64,000 nucleotides of DNA from an uncultured Nitrososphaerota archaeon (GTDB lineage: Archaea > Thermoproteota > Nitrososphaeria > Nitrososphaerales > CADDZS01), in the NCBI GenBank assembly GCA_963799845.1, contig CAWCYI010000006.1:256001-320000 (forward strand), written 5' to 3'. Each line of letters starts with the position of its first letter. Position 1 is the stretch's first letter. Shown piece after piece: positions 1 through 9,179 of this stretch. The notes under the pieces were generated by a model that worked only from the letters and a program-made list of their open reading frames with translations, was not told the DNA's origin and did not search any database. The position numbers were made by a program, and so were the translations under genes.

Positions 1-12
1 ATCCAGAAACTG

Positions 13-513
13 TTGGGATCAAATATCTTGTCGGAACGGGAGGCGCGAACTGTACGAGAGTCGGCTCTCGAAAGTGTTCATTTGATGATGCCCCAGGACG
101 CCAATATTCAAGGTAATGTCTACGGCGGGACGATAATGAAGCTGATGGACGAGATTGCGGGTTCAGTAGCTGTTCTTCACTCGAGAAAAAATGCTGTTAC
201 TGCGTCAGTCGATCAAATGAGTTTCTACGAGCCAGTCTACATCGGGAATCTGTTGATTTTGAAAGCCAGCGTAAACTATGTTGGGAACACGTCTATGGAA
301 ATCGGAGTAAGGATCGAAACCCGGGATTTGAAAACTGGAAATATCCTCCATACAGGTTCATCATATCTAACCTTTGTTGCGCTTGATGAATCGGGCAAGC
401 CCACCCAGATCGCGAGGGTCATTCCGGAAACTCCGGAAGAAAAAAGAAGGTATGTAGAAGGAAAAGCTAGAAGAGATCATAGATTATCCGAGTCGGTCAA
501 GAATAAGGTCTAA
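13..513 (+). CDS. Acyl-CoA thioesterase (HotDog fold, YciA-like)
   Basis: DANxxGNVYGGxIMKLMDE motif, TASVDxMxFxxPV and NYVGNTSMEIG. Confidence 0.9.
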   Translation: MGSNILSEREARTVRESALESVHLMMPQDANIQGNVYGGTIMKLMDEIAGSVAVLHSRKNAVTASVDQMSFYEPVYIGNLLILKASVNYVGNTSMEIGVRIETRDLKTGNILHTGSSYLTFVALDESGKPTQIARVIPETPEEKRRYVEGKARRDHRLSESVKNKV

Positions 514-665
514 TGCCTAATACATCGTCGAGAGACTTGTAGCTTGGGTTCTCAAGAAAAGGATTTTTTGAAACTTCCGATATTGTGTAAGAAGCACAGC
601 ACGGAAAAGGATATTACGTAAGAGAATAGGGTTAGGATACCTCCCAGCCACGTGTATCCGCAAAC

Positions 666-824
666 TTGGAATTCAGATGTTATTTTTGTGACGAAATCAA
701 GAACGAAGAGCCATACTTTTTCGAGCTATCGAGTCAAAAAAAGGAGCCAGTTTGTAAGAGATGTCACGAAAAGATGGAGGTCGTGAGACGGCTCAAAGAG
801 GAACCGGAGGAACGGAAGAAGTGA
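666..824 (+). CDS. Small CxxC...CxxCH zinc-finger protein (52 aa), absent from ORF track
   Basis: Hand translation from TTG 666: MEFRCYFCDEIKNEEPYFFELSSQKKEPVCKRCHEKMEVVRRLKEEPEERKK*; fills an otherwise empty gap. Confidence 0.65.
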   Translation: MEFRCYFCDEIKNEEPYFFELSSQKKEPVCKRCHEKMEVVRRLKEEPEERKK

Positions 825-1131
825 CGGAAATCTCGTTGGCTATTCTCTGTTTCCTCACAACAAGTTTCTGAAGCTTGCCCCTTTTCCTGTAATACCAGAC
901 CTCGGCAATACCATCATAAGCGTCTCCCCATGACCTCAGGATTTCTGTATCCCCCTTTTTCATTCTGGATGATCCGCTTTTGACCTGTATCAACCGAACT
1001 ACGCCATCTTTTGCTGCAAAAACATCCACGGGGCCGTGCGACATTGCACTACGGCTGCAAAACCAGCCTTCGGCTCTTAATCTGTGCATGGTTTCGTACT
1101 CCCTGCTTCTTCCTCGGGTGTAGTTGGTCAT
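793..1131 (-). CDS. hjc: Archaeal Holliday junction resolvase Hjc-like PD-(D/E)xK nuclease
   Basis: YxRGRxREYE...RSAxSHGPVD...LIQVKS; start reassigned to ATG 1131. Confidence 0.8.
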   Translation of the reverse strand: MTNYTRGRSREYETMHRLRAEGWFCSRSAMSHGPVDVFAAKDGVVRLIQVKSGSSRMKKGDTEILRSWGDAYDGIAEVWYYRKRGKLQKLVVRKQRIANEISVTSSVPPVPL

Positions 1132-1162
1132 CTTCGCGCCGACCCTCGGATTTGGTTGCTTA

Positions 1163-1570
1163 TTATTCTTCGTCATCTTCAGATGGAGCAGCGGGTCTAG
1201 CGTCTGCCTCAGCATCGAGTTTCTCAGCGGACAACAACTCAAACTTGTAAATGCTGTCCATGTCGAGGCTGAATTTTTCTTTGAGAAAAGAAACTACCTT
1301 GGAGTCAAGAGTGGCTTTAGAAGCTTTGAACTTGAACAAGTACACAATCCCCAGTTCAAGAGTGTCGGCAATGATTTCTGGAGACAAATCCAACGTCGCG
1401 ATGTATCTTCCCTCCGGTAGTTTTTCGTAAAATTGGACATCGACCTTCTTTTCATCTTTATTAATATCAAGAATATAACCGGAACCCGACCACTCTTCTT
1501 CATGATCGAATTTAGCATTGCGAATTTCTTCTGCCACCCACTTTGGTACGTTCTCTGTTGCCATAATCAA
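1163..1570 (-). CDS. Hypothetical protein, beta-rich with acidic tail
   Basis: 135-aa ORF with protein-like composition, co-oriented directly upstream of hjc. Confidence 0.7.
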   Translation of the reverse strand: MIMATENVPKWVAEEIRNAKFDHEEEWSGSGYILDINKDEKKVDVQFYEKLPEGRYIATLDLSPEIIADTLELGIVYLFKFKASKATLDSKVVSFLKEKFSLDMDSIYKFELLSAEKLDAEADARPAAPSEDDEE

Positions 1571-1716
1571 GCCGCTCTACATTAGGAATAATGGACACTG
1601 GGCCTAACCTCAAGTTAAATAAAATTGTTGAATCAGAATCCAATCAGGTCAAGGCATCAGTGGGATCGGAGCTAAACAATTAAATCAAGTTCGACCTGTC
1701 TCGTAATTAGTATCGG

Positions 1717-2358
1717 ATGATTTACTCTGGAGTAGAAACCTCGCTCTCAGAAATTAAGAAGCTTTTTGAGACCACAGTTAATCGGCGTGAACAACTAATC
1801 AAGGAATCTAGGGAAGTTATTTCTCTTTCTTCCAAATCAATTGTTTGCATCCACAATTCAAAGTTTGACGAAGCAAAAAAACTTCAGAAGCAAGCGATGC
1901 GGAAATTGGTCTATCTTCGAGAAATTGCTGGTTCCGATATGGTTCGCTACATTATTCCATCCGAACAGGAACTCGTAGAATGCTCCGTTGTTCTTGCACT
2001 TTCAACTGGCGATGACATTCCTTCCAGAAAACAACTCAAGGTTGAAAATAGTTCATACATTTTGGGACTGCTTGACACGATAGGGGAACTAAAGAGAATG
2101 GTCTACGACACAATAAGGGTCGCAGAATTCGAAAAAGCCGAGAGACTATTCTCCATAATGCAGCAACTCTATCTTTTGCTATCACCATTTTCCACATACG
2201 ATCATGTAGCCCAGGGAGTAAAGAGAAAACTTGACGTCGCGAGGATTCTAATTGAAGATACCCGTGGGACTGTCACAGAAGAGGCCAGGCGTCGCGAGCT
2301 GATCAATGCAGTAAGTCAACTAGGTATTCAGCTCGATCAGCATTCTAGGGCGAGCTAA
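1717..2358 (+). CDS. Translin/TRAX (C3PO-like) family protein
   Basis: RREQLIKxSR, QELVE and YILGLLDTIGELKR motifs; LKRKLD-like KRKLD. Confidence 0.88.
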   Translation: MIYSGVETSLSEIKKLFETTVNRREQLIKESREVISLSSKSIVCIHNSKFDEAKKLQKQAMRKLVYLREIAGSDMVRYIIPSEQELVECSVVLALSTGDDIPSRKQLKVENSSYILGLLDTIGELKRMVYDTIRVAEFEKAERLFSIMQQLYLLLSPFSTYDHVAQGVKRKLDVARILIEDTRGTVTEEARRRELINAVSQLGIQLDQHSRAS

Positions 2359-2493
2359 CTAGATATGATTAATTTCTATCGTGCTAGTTGCAAACAGGAA
2401 CGTGACACAATTAGTGATTCAATTCTACCTCCATTCTTGAATATCTGGATTCTACCTCAACTTGTGAAACAGAAAGAGAGGAGCTGAGAAATT

Positions 2494-3183
2494 TTGTTGA
2501 AAGCCTCGTACATACCCACCTTGTTGGAGCTATTGGAGCTTGGAGTGAAGGATCGTCCAGTATTCATAACTACAACCGAACTTGGAAAAAAACTTGGAAA
2601 ATCGCAACAACTAGCCTCGAAACACCTTGAGGAAATGGAAAGAGAAGGCATGATTGAGAGAATCAGGAGTGGCGGAAAGACTTACGTGAAACTTACGAAG
2701 AAGGGCGTCTCTTCGGGAGCAATGCTGTACTCGTCGTTGTCCAGGGTATTTGGGAATGAAGAGGAAAAATTGAACGTAGTTGGGACAGTTTTTTCGGGTC
2801 TGGGTGAAGGCGCTTACTATATTTCCATGAAAGGCTACAAGAAACAGTTCATCACGAAACTCGGTTTTGAGCCGTTCCCTGGGACAATGAACCTCCGCCT
2901 CGACTCTCCAGTTTACAGAAAGATCCGCCGTGATCTTGGATCCTTGAAAGGAATCCATATCGACGGTTTCAATGATGGAAAGCGAACTTTTGGGGGAGCC
3001 GAATGTTTCAGAGCCTTGTTAAATGGAAAAGTTGAAGGAGCAGTTCTTATCATTGAAAGAACAACCCATGACGACTCAGTTCTAGAGATAATTTCTCCGG
3101 TGAATCTACGAGAGCAATTCAAACTAAAAGATGGAGATGAATTGAAAGTGACGATTTCTCTGGAAAACTCAAAAGCCACTTAA
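2494..3183 (+). CDS. ribK: CTP-dependent riboflavin kinase with N-terminal wHTH (RbkR type)
   Basis: N-terminal MarR-like HTH; SGLGEGAYY, PFPGTMN and LEIISPVNLRxxxxLKDGD. Confidence 0.93.
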   Translation: MLKASYIPTLLELLELGVKDRPVFITTTELGKKLGKSQQLASKHLEEMEREGMIERIRSGGKTYVKLTKKGVSSGAMLYSSLSRVFGNEEEKLNVVGTVFSGLGEGAYYISMKGYKKQFITKLGFEPFPGTMNLRLDSPVYRKIRRDLGSLKGIHIDGFNDGKRTFGGAECFRALLNGKVEGAVLIIERTTHDDSVLEIISPVNLREQFKLKDGDELKVTISLENSKAT

Positions 3184-3822
3184 CGATTCTGGATTTTGGT
3201 TAACTATCGAAGTAGTCTTGATATTTGGATTCGAGGTTCCGAGTCTAACCACTCTGGTGGATAATCCATGTCTATGGATTTCTTCCGAAATCTTTGCTTC
3301 GCTATGAAACTGGTCGTACCCCAAGGCAATTATGTCGGGTCTCAATAAAATAACAGTCTCGAAAATATCGGTCTCACTCCCGAGTACGGCTACATCTACG
3401 ACCCTCAGGCCCGAAACGAGCTCCTTCCGAAGAATTTCACTGTGTTGTGGTTTGCGTTTCTTGTTTCTTTCATAAGTCGAATCTCGAGCCACAGAGACAA
3501 CCAGGACATCCCCGAGCGACTTTGCCTGCTTGAGAGTTTCAAGATGACCTGGGTGGATGATGTCAAATGCACCGCCTGCCATTACGACGACAATCATGTT
3601 TCTACCTAATTCTGTAAGTTGTGGCTTGCTCTTCGTGTTTCGGATAAGACCTTTCTCTTCCAGCTTGGAAAGTTCCTCTTTAAGGTGAGACGAATCGGTC
3701 AACAACATCTCCGCCAGGAAATCAATCGAAGATTCCTCTTTACTCACAAATTGCAATGCATAGATTTTGGCGAGTAAACACTTGTCGCGTGCGTCAAGTT
3801 GCATCTTAGGTGAACTAGTCAA
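3169..3822 (-). CDS. ribL: Archaeal FAD synthase (cytidylyltransferase fold) with N-terminal wHTH
   Basis: GGAFDIIHPGH, LVVSVARD and PDIIALGYDQ; preceded by about 75 aa ending LEEKGLI...LTELGR. Confidence 0.85.
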   Translation of the reverse strand: MTSSPKMQLDARDKCLLAKIYALQFVSKEESSIDFLAEMLLTDSSHLKEELSKLEEKGLIRNTKSKPQLTELGRNMIVVVMAGGAFDIIHPGHLETLKQAKSLGDVLVVSVARDSTYERNKKRKPQHSEILRKELVSGLRVVDVAVLGSETDIFETVILLRPDIIALGYDQFHSEAKISEEIHRHGLSTRVVRLGTSNPNIKTTSIVNQNPESLSGF

Positions 3823-3856
3823 CTCGTTTTATCTTGCCATTCCTTAAACATGCTTG

Positions 3857-4597
3857 TTAGACTAAGGAAATGAAAATAGAAACATAAATGCCAAGACTTA
3901 ATCCTGCCGCCACAATTATTAGAATGACATAATCACTTTTTGAGAGGACAGGTCTGTAAAGTGAGGTCGGTCTTTTTGTTGCTCCGTAAGCCCTTGAATC
4001 CATTGCTTCTGCAAGATCTAGACTTCTGTTCAAAGCAACTGCTATCAGCGGCACAATGATGGGTATCGAATTTCTGAGGCGCCTCACGAAATTGCCCTTG
4101 TCAAATTCCAATCCCCTTGAACGCTGTGCGTCCATTATCTGGAGTGCGTCGAGCATCAAAACTGGTACGAATCTAATCGCGATGACAAAAATCATCACAA
4201 AATCAGAAGGCAATCTGAACCACTTCATCACCTGCTCAAGTTCATCTGGGGTAGTGGTGAGAAAAAAAAGGGAGGTCGAGGAAATCACGGCAAACAATCG
4301 GATTCCGAAGACTACCGCGTCGTGCGGGGATCCCGGTTTGAAATAATAATTCAATCCAAATGCGACCAATGATATTGCGGCTGTTAGTATCATAGACCTC
4401 GCAAATCGGTGGAATATTTTGGCAGCGGAGACAATCGCTAGAATTATAGCGACCAACAGTAACAGCAATATAATGCTGTGACTCAGGAGAGAAACAGTAA
4501 AAATGCTCAGCGTAATCGATAGTCTGACCCTAGGATCCAAGCGATGATAGAACGTCTTTCCTCTGACGAATAGGAATCCGGAAGCAATCCACTGCAA
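3857..4597 (-). CDS. ecfT: ECF transporter T component
   Basis: LDPRxR, AIRFVP, DAQRSRG and AEAMDSRAY motifs. Confidence 0.93.
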   Translation of the reverse strand: MQWIASGFLFVRGKTFYHRLDPRVRLSITLSIFTVSLLSHSIILLLLLVAIILAIVSAAKIFHRFARSMILTAAISLVAFGLNYYFKPGSPHDAVVFGIRLFAVISSTSLFFLTTTPDELEQVMKWFRLPSDFVMIFVIAIRFVPVLMLDALQIMDAQRSRGLEFDKGNFVRRLRNSIPIIVPLIAVALNRSLDLAEAMDSRAYGATKRPTSLYRPVLSKSDYVILIIVAAGLSLGIYVSIFISLV

Positions 4598-4615
4598 TTT
4601 TCTTCGCCTAAAAAA

Positions 4616-5452
4616 TCAACTTAGAATTCGTTGCTCGGCCTCTTCCGTGTTAATGGGATACGGTTTCGACCACTCCATCTTCTTCGCAAAGTCGATCAGC
4701 TGAGGCGATATGATGCTAGACCTTTTCATCAGCATCTCGTCGGATAAGACGTTTTGAGGTGATCCATCTGCGACAATCTCCCCGCTTGACATCAAAATTG
4801 TCCTCGGCTGGAGCGGCCAAACAAATTCAACGTCGTGGGTTACAAGTATAACGTTCTTCTTTTGACTCAACAAAAGTCTAATGATCTGATCCAGTTTCTC
4901 TTTTTGTTCAGAATCCTGACCAACGGTTGGTTCGTCCAAAATCAAGATATCAGGATCCCAAGAAAGGACTAGAGCGAAGCACAGCCGCTTTTTTTCGCCG
5001 CCGCTTAGTTCCATCGGAGAGCGTTCTGCATATTCTCTCAGGGAGAAAGTGTCAAGTGCCCAGTCAATCCTCTTTTTCAGAAAATCATTTGTAAAGCCGA
5101 AGTTCTTCAAGGCGAATTCAATTTCTTTTGTCACAGTCTGCGCGAACAATTGGTTGTTCGGATTTTGAAATACGATCCCGACCCTTCGCGACAAAAGTGC
5201 TGGCGTGCTAAACTTGGTATCTTGGCCGAAAACTCTTACTCTCCCGTGTGTCGGCTTCAAGAGCCCGTTAATGTGCCTCACCAGCGTGCTTTTCCCCGCG
5301 CCATTAGCACCGAGTATTGCAACAAGTTCTGACTGAACGATGTTGAAACTGACCTTTCGAAGTGCAATCGTTCCATTTGGATGACTATAGTCAACATGTT
5401 CGAACGAGACTACGGACTGGATCGCTTCGTATGAGGACTTGATGGACTCCAT
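4616..5452 (-). CDS. ecfA2: ECF transporter ATPase (A')
   Basis: GANGAGKST, FQNP, LSGGEKKR and LDEPT. Confidence 0.92.
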   Translation of the reverse strand: MESIKSSYEAIQSVVSFEHVDYSHPNGTIALRKVSFNIVQSELVAILGANGAGKSTLVRHINGLLKPTHGRVRVFGQDTKFSTPALLSRRVGIVFQNPNNQLFAQTVTKEIEFALKNFGFTNDFLKKRIDWALDTFSLREYAERSPMELSGGEKKRLCFALVLSWDPDILILDEPTVGQDSEQKEKLDQIIRLLLSQKKNVILVTHDVEFVWPLQPRTILMSSGEIVADGSPQNVLSDEMLMKRSSIISPQLIDFAKKMEWSKPYPINTEEAEQRILS

Positions 5453-5510
5453 TCCCTAATTTTCCTGTTTCGATATTGATTCACTTTTTTCCCCTAGACA
5501 ATCAATCGAA

Positions 5511-6389
5511 TTATTTTGAAACTAACTTTGCTCTTAGTTCCAATGAATCTAGAGGAAGGTCGCTTCCGCTAATCCCGAGTCTCTTCGCTAGTTTTACAAT
5601 TGTGGGCTCAGTGACGCCGTAACTAGAAATTTCAGTCTCAGAAAGGACATCTCTGGTCATTCCTTCGATCACAACGGCACCCTCTTCCATGACAATAATT
5701 CTGTCGCAGATTTTCGATACGAGATCCAGCCTATGTTCCACAATTAGCACCGTGATCCCAAGTTCGTTTCGGATTTTCTGGATCTGTTGAACAAGCGTGC
5801 TTGCGGTAAAAGGATCAAGCAACGAAGTGGGCTCATCAAGAATTAGAATCTTGGGTTTCATAGCGATGACCCCAGCTATCGCAACCCTTTGTTTCTGGCC
5901 ATCCGATAGCTCATGAGGTGCTCTCAAAGCGAGATGTCGAATTTGAAGAAGATCCATTGCCCAGTCAACCCGCTGCCGAATTTCCTCCGCGGGAAGGCCC
6001 AAATTTTCCAATCCAAATCCAATGTCTCGTTCTACAGAAAACATGAAAATTTGATTTTCCGGATTTTGAAAAATGTAGCCGACTCTAACCGAGAGATCTC
6101 TCATGCTGGTTCCAGCGACTGAAAGGCCGTCTATTAATACCTCGCCTGAATAATCGCCGTTGTGCTGATGCGGAATCAGCCCATTGATTGCACGCAGAAG
6201 CGTACTTTTGCCGGAACCTGAATGACCTGCAATCAATACGATTTCTTTTTCGGCAATCTGGATGTTTATTTTGTCCAAAACAAAATTTTTGGATCCAGCG
6301 TACCTAAAAGAGAGATTCTTCACAACCACCAAAGTGGACTCGTTAGATTGAAGCAGCTGGTTGCTGAGAGTTGAATCATTTTTGCTCAT
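5511..6389 (-). CDS. ecfA1: ECF transporter ATPase (A)
   Basis: GHSGSGKST, FQNPENQ, LSDGQKQR and LDEPT. Confidence 0.92.
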   Translation of the reverse strand: MSKNDSTLSNQLLQSNESTLVVVKNLSFRYAGSKNFVLDKINIQIAEKEIVLIAGHSGSGKSTLLRAINGLIPHQHNGDYSGEVLIDGLSVAGTSMRDLSVRVGYIFQNPENQIFMFSVERDIGFGLENLGLPAEEIRQRVDWAMDLLQIRHLALRAPHELSDGQKQRVAIAGVIAMKPKILILDEPTSLLDPFTASTLVQQIQKIRNELGITVLIVEHRLDLVSKICDRIIVMEEGAVVIEGMTRDVLSETEISSYGVTEPTIVKLAKRLGISGSDLPLDSLELRAKLVSK

Positions 6390-6419
6390 TAGAAATCAGT
6401 TTGTGATGCCATTCTCATA

Positions 6420-7049
6420 TCATTTCTTGGCGACAGACTCCGGTAGAGGATACGCCATCTTGAAATGAATTCGTTTGGTGATCGCCTTCACTGAAGCATA
6501 GCCCAACGGAACCGTATACAGTGCGAGGGTTGCATTAAAAAATGCAATTAACGGTAAAATCGTAATTACATAAGAATCCGGAGTGCTAAATCCAAGCGGT
6601 GGCGGAAACGGCAACAATCCGTAATTCACGATGGACATCACAGAAGTTCTGATAACGATAGCAAGGCCTGTCGCGAAGGCTATCTCCACCGAAAGCGAAA
6701 CTTTCATACCCGAAGAGATTCTGTGACCCAGAGCAATTGCGATAAGAGTAACCGTAACAGCTATCAGATTGTAGAGAGGACCAGCCGCTAGAGCACCGGG
6801 GTTCACCAGTACCAACACTATCGCATTAATGATCGAAGCGATAATGCTCGCAGAGAGCCCGAAAATTAGAAGACAGGCCACTATCGGAATTTCCCAAATC
6901 TCGTAGATCAGAAAATAAAGATAGGGAGCGGGGACTTGGACATGAGCCAAATTCAAGACAAGCGCAAGAGCAGAAAAAAGAGCGATTCCGGTCATCGTTT
7001 GAGTTTTTGACCGAGTCGTTATTTGTTGGACTTCGTCGGTTTGGCCCAT
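6420..7049 (-). CDS. ECF transporter S component (RibU/PanT-like; riboflavin inferred from context)
   Basis: About 6 TM helices, AxxxAL in TM1, PxLxFLxYExWEIP; first gene of the ECF-ribL operon. Confidence 0.8.
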   Translation of the reverse strand: MGQTDEVQQITTRSKTQTMTGIALFSALALVLNLAHVQVPAPYLYFLIYEIWEIPIVACLLIFGLSASIIASIINAIVLVLVNPGALAAGPLYNLIAVTVTLIAIALGHRISSGMKVSLSVEIAFATGLAIVIRTSVMSIVNYGLLPFPPPLGFSTPDSYVITILPLIAFFNATLALYTVPLGYASVKAITKRIHFKMAYPLPESVAKK

Positions 7050-7095
7050 AGTTGAGAAAAAAGGATCAAATCGTGTAATAAATTTATTGTAATGA

Positions 7096-8139
7096 CTATT
7101 TTTGTAGTAATCTAGCTTTCAAGTTTTGAACAAGATGATTTGCAAGAACAGATGGCTCCATCTTACCAGATAATGAAGCCGCAGTTGAGTGGCCGCCACC
7201 TACAAGGTCGTAGTGATCTGCAACCTTTTTCATTTCAACGGCCAGATCGATCCCAGTTTCCTTGAAGAACGATTGTGCGCTTCGAGCCGATAGTCTTGCC
7301 TCGCCGTTGCTATCTCCGAAAGCAATCCCAACATCCGCCCCCATATCCACAAGCATTCTAGCGACAGCAGCGTGATAGCTCGAAATCTGACTCTTGGCGA
7401 TGACTCGCCCCGCTACTTCATCGTACTCTAGCCGTTGAGCCGCCTTCATCCTCCCCAAGATTTCCGATCTGTCAGGCCTATACCTGAGTATTTTCTTCGA
7501 TGCTGAAATTTCAGAACCCGCCTTCACCAGGGTGAGCGCGGCTTCCAAAGTTTTTTCAGTGGCAATCCCCAAATGCTGTGAATCAAATAACAATCCCGTC
7601 AGCAGAATGTCTCCTATTTTTTTCGTTATTAGATGACTCGGAAAGCCCAGTGCTATGATTTCGCAAGTAGATGTAGAATCGCTTCTCACTATACGATCGC
7701 TCAGGTAAGCCCACGCCTCGTCGTCAAGGCTTGAGAAGTGATGGTCCACCAATATTTTCCTAGCTGAGCTTTGAGCTATCACTTCTGTGAATGGCTCCAA
7801 CAGGCGATAATCGCCTGCGTCGACTATGATAATTAGATCAGATTCTAGAACTAATGACTTTTCAATTCGCTCTTGAAACTGTATTCCCAATGTCGAGCTG
7901 ACATTCTTCCCCAGATTACTAACACCCTGAGGGGCAACTATGGTACACTCTAATGAAATCTCAGGATAGGAACTCTGAAGCAGGAGAATCAATGCTCCAG
8001 CGGCGCACAGTGCATCGGGATCGGCTTGACGATGAGTAAAAAAAATCGATTTAACGGTTCTGTTAGAAATCAAATAGTCGAGTTGTTTCTTGATCGCACT
8101 TTGGACGTAGGTTCTGCTCGTTCGCTCTTCTTCTAGCAT
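7096..8139 (-). CDS. DHH-family phosphoesterase (NrnA-like) with DHHA1 domain
   Basis: THxxADPDA, VDHH, STSTCEI and GGGHxxAA. Confidence 0.9.
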   Translation of the reverse strand: MLEEERTSRTYVQSAIKKQLDYLISNRTVKSIFFTHRQADPDALCAAGALILLLQSSYPEISLECTIVAPQGVSNLGKNVSSTLGIQFQERIEKSLVLESDLIIIVDAGDYRLLEPFTEVIAQSSARKILVDHHFSSLDDEAWAYLSDRIVRSDSTSTCEIIALGFPSHLITKKIGDILLTGLLFDSQHLGIATEKTLEAALTLVKAGSEISASKKILRYRPDRSEILGRMKAAQRLEYDEVAGRVIAKSQISSYHAAVARMLVDMGADVGIAFGDSNGEARLSARSAQSFFKETGIDLAVEMKKVADHYDLVGGGHSTAASLSGKMEPSVLANHLVQNLKARLLQK

Positions 8140-8187
8140 GACATTAAGATTCTCTTCTGGAAACTCAAAAATTAGAAATGGTCTAGA

Positions 8188-8566
8188 TTAGCTCGACTGA
8201 GCAGTGGGAGTAGTCTTTCCCTTTAGAGCGTCCTCTATTTTCGCCTGAAGGTCCTTGACGTTTTCTCGAACCCTGGTCTCTTGTTTTCCCAGAACAGTTG
8301 ATCTCGTATTCAGCTAGTTCCTTCCGTTCTTCAAGATCTTTCAAAAGTTCATCCTTTTTGGCGCGGACGAGTATATTCCCAGCGCTCTTGTATACAGCAT
8401 CGGAGTCCGCCGCCTTCTTGAGCTCCGTTATTGCTCTGTCTAATTCGGAAGACTCTACGTCAATTTGTTGTTTCTGAAGCATTATCGCCTGCAAATTTTG
8501 CTGAAGCTGCTCAAATCGAACTAATTGCTCTCTAAGCCAAGGTGGAACTTCGTTGGATGTGCTCAT
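8188..8566 (-). CDS. pfdB: Prefoldin beta subunit (one apparent +1 frameshift at 8311)
   Basis: VYKSAGNILV; removing base 8311 gives ...ELANTRSTVLGKQETRVRENVKDLQAKIEDALKG...SS* with stop at 8188. Confidence 0.92.
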
Positions 8567-8645
8567 CTTGCTTCTCTTTTCGGAAGAAGGGCGGGTGTAA
8601 TTGCTCTATCAATCTTTCTGTGAAAAATATCCGTTTAACTCGTTT

Positions 8646-8948
8646 CTAGCTAAGAGACGAAGTTGTATGAATGATCTTTAGAGCAGATAGAGTCAATCTT
8701 AGAATTGTATTCATCCCTGCTCGTAGCGACACCAAATCCGACGCGACAAACTTGAGCGAGATAGTTCTTCCATTATTCTTGGATTTCAAAGCAAAAGTGA
8801 ATCTCCTGTTCTTCACAATTTCGGGAGAGAGAGCAGAAGCTATTGCTTCAGTCACTTTCTTATCCTCGACGATTTCTACGCTCAAAGTCGCGAAAAGGAC
8901 CTTTGAGTGAAATTTGCGAGAATAGCCACTTTTCTTGCTAGCTGGCAT
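8646..8948 (-). CDS. pcc1: KEOPS complex subunit Pcc1
   Basis: ALSPE...AxDLxSLRAxxNTxLRL; canonical position between rpl37ae and pfdB. Confidence 0.85.
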   Translation of the reverse strand: MPASKKSGYSRKFHSKVLFATLSVEIVEDKKVTEAIASALSPEIVKNRRFTFALKSKNNGRTISLKFVASDLVSLRAGMNTILRLTLSALKIIHTTSSLS

Positions 8949-8966
8949 CCGAAATTTTCAGACGAA

Positions 8967-9179
8967 TTAGATATTGTACGCTTCCCCTGCAACCTTGTAT
9001 TCGCAGGTCGAACAAGCCCAAATTCCAGCACTTTGTCTTCTGAATCGAGTCGAACCACATGAAGGGCATCTACGCGTCCTTTTGAGATTACCCATTATTC
9101 GTCCGTAGCGCTTCCTTACGGTAGAGCCATACTTGGCTCCGAGTCCCTTCATGCTACCATGTTCAGAAGATTTAGGCAT
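8967..9179 (-). CDS. rpl37ae: 50S ribosomal protein L37Ae (eL43)
   Basis: GAKYGSTVRKR, CPSC...GIWACSTC. Confidence 0.95.
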   Translation of the reverse strand: MPKSSEHGSMKGLGAKYGSTVRKRYGRIMGNLKRTRRCPSCGSTRFRRQSAGIWACSTCEYKVAGEAYNI

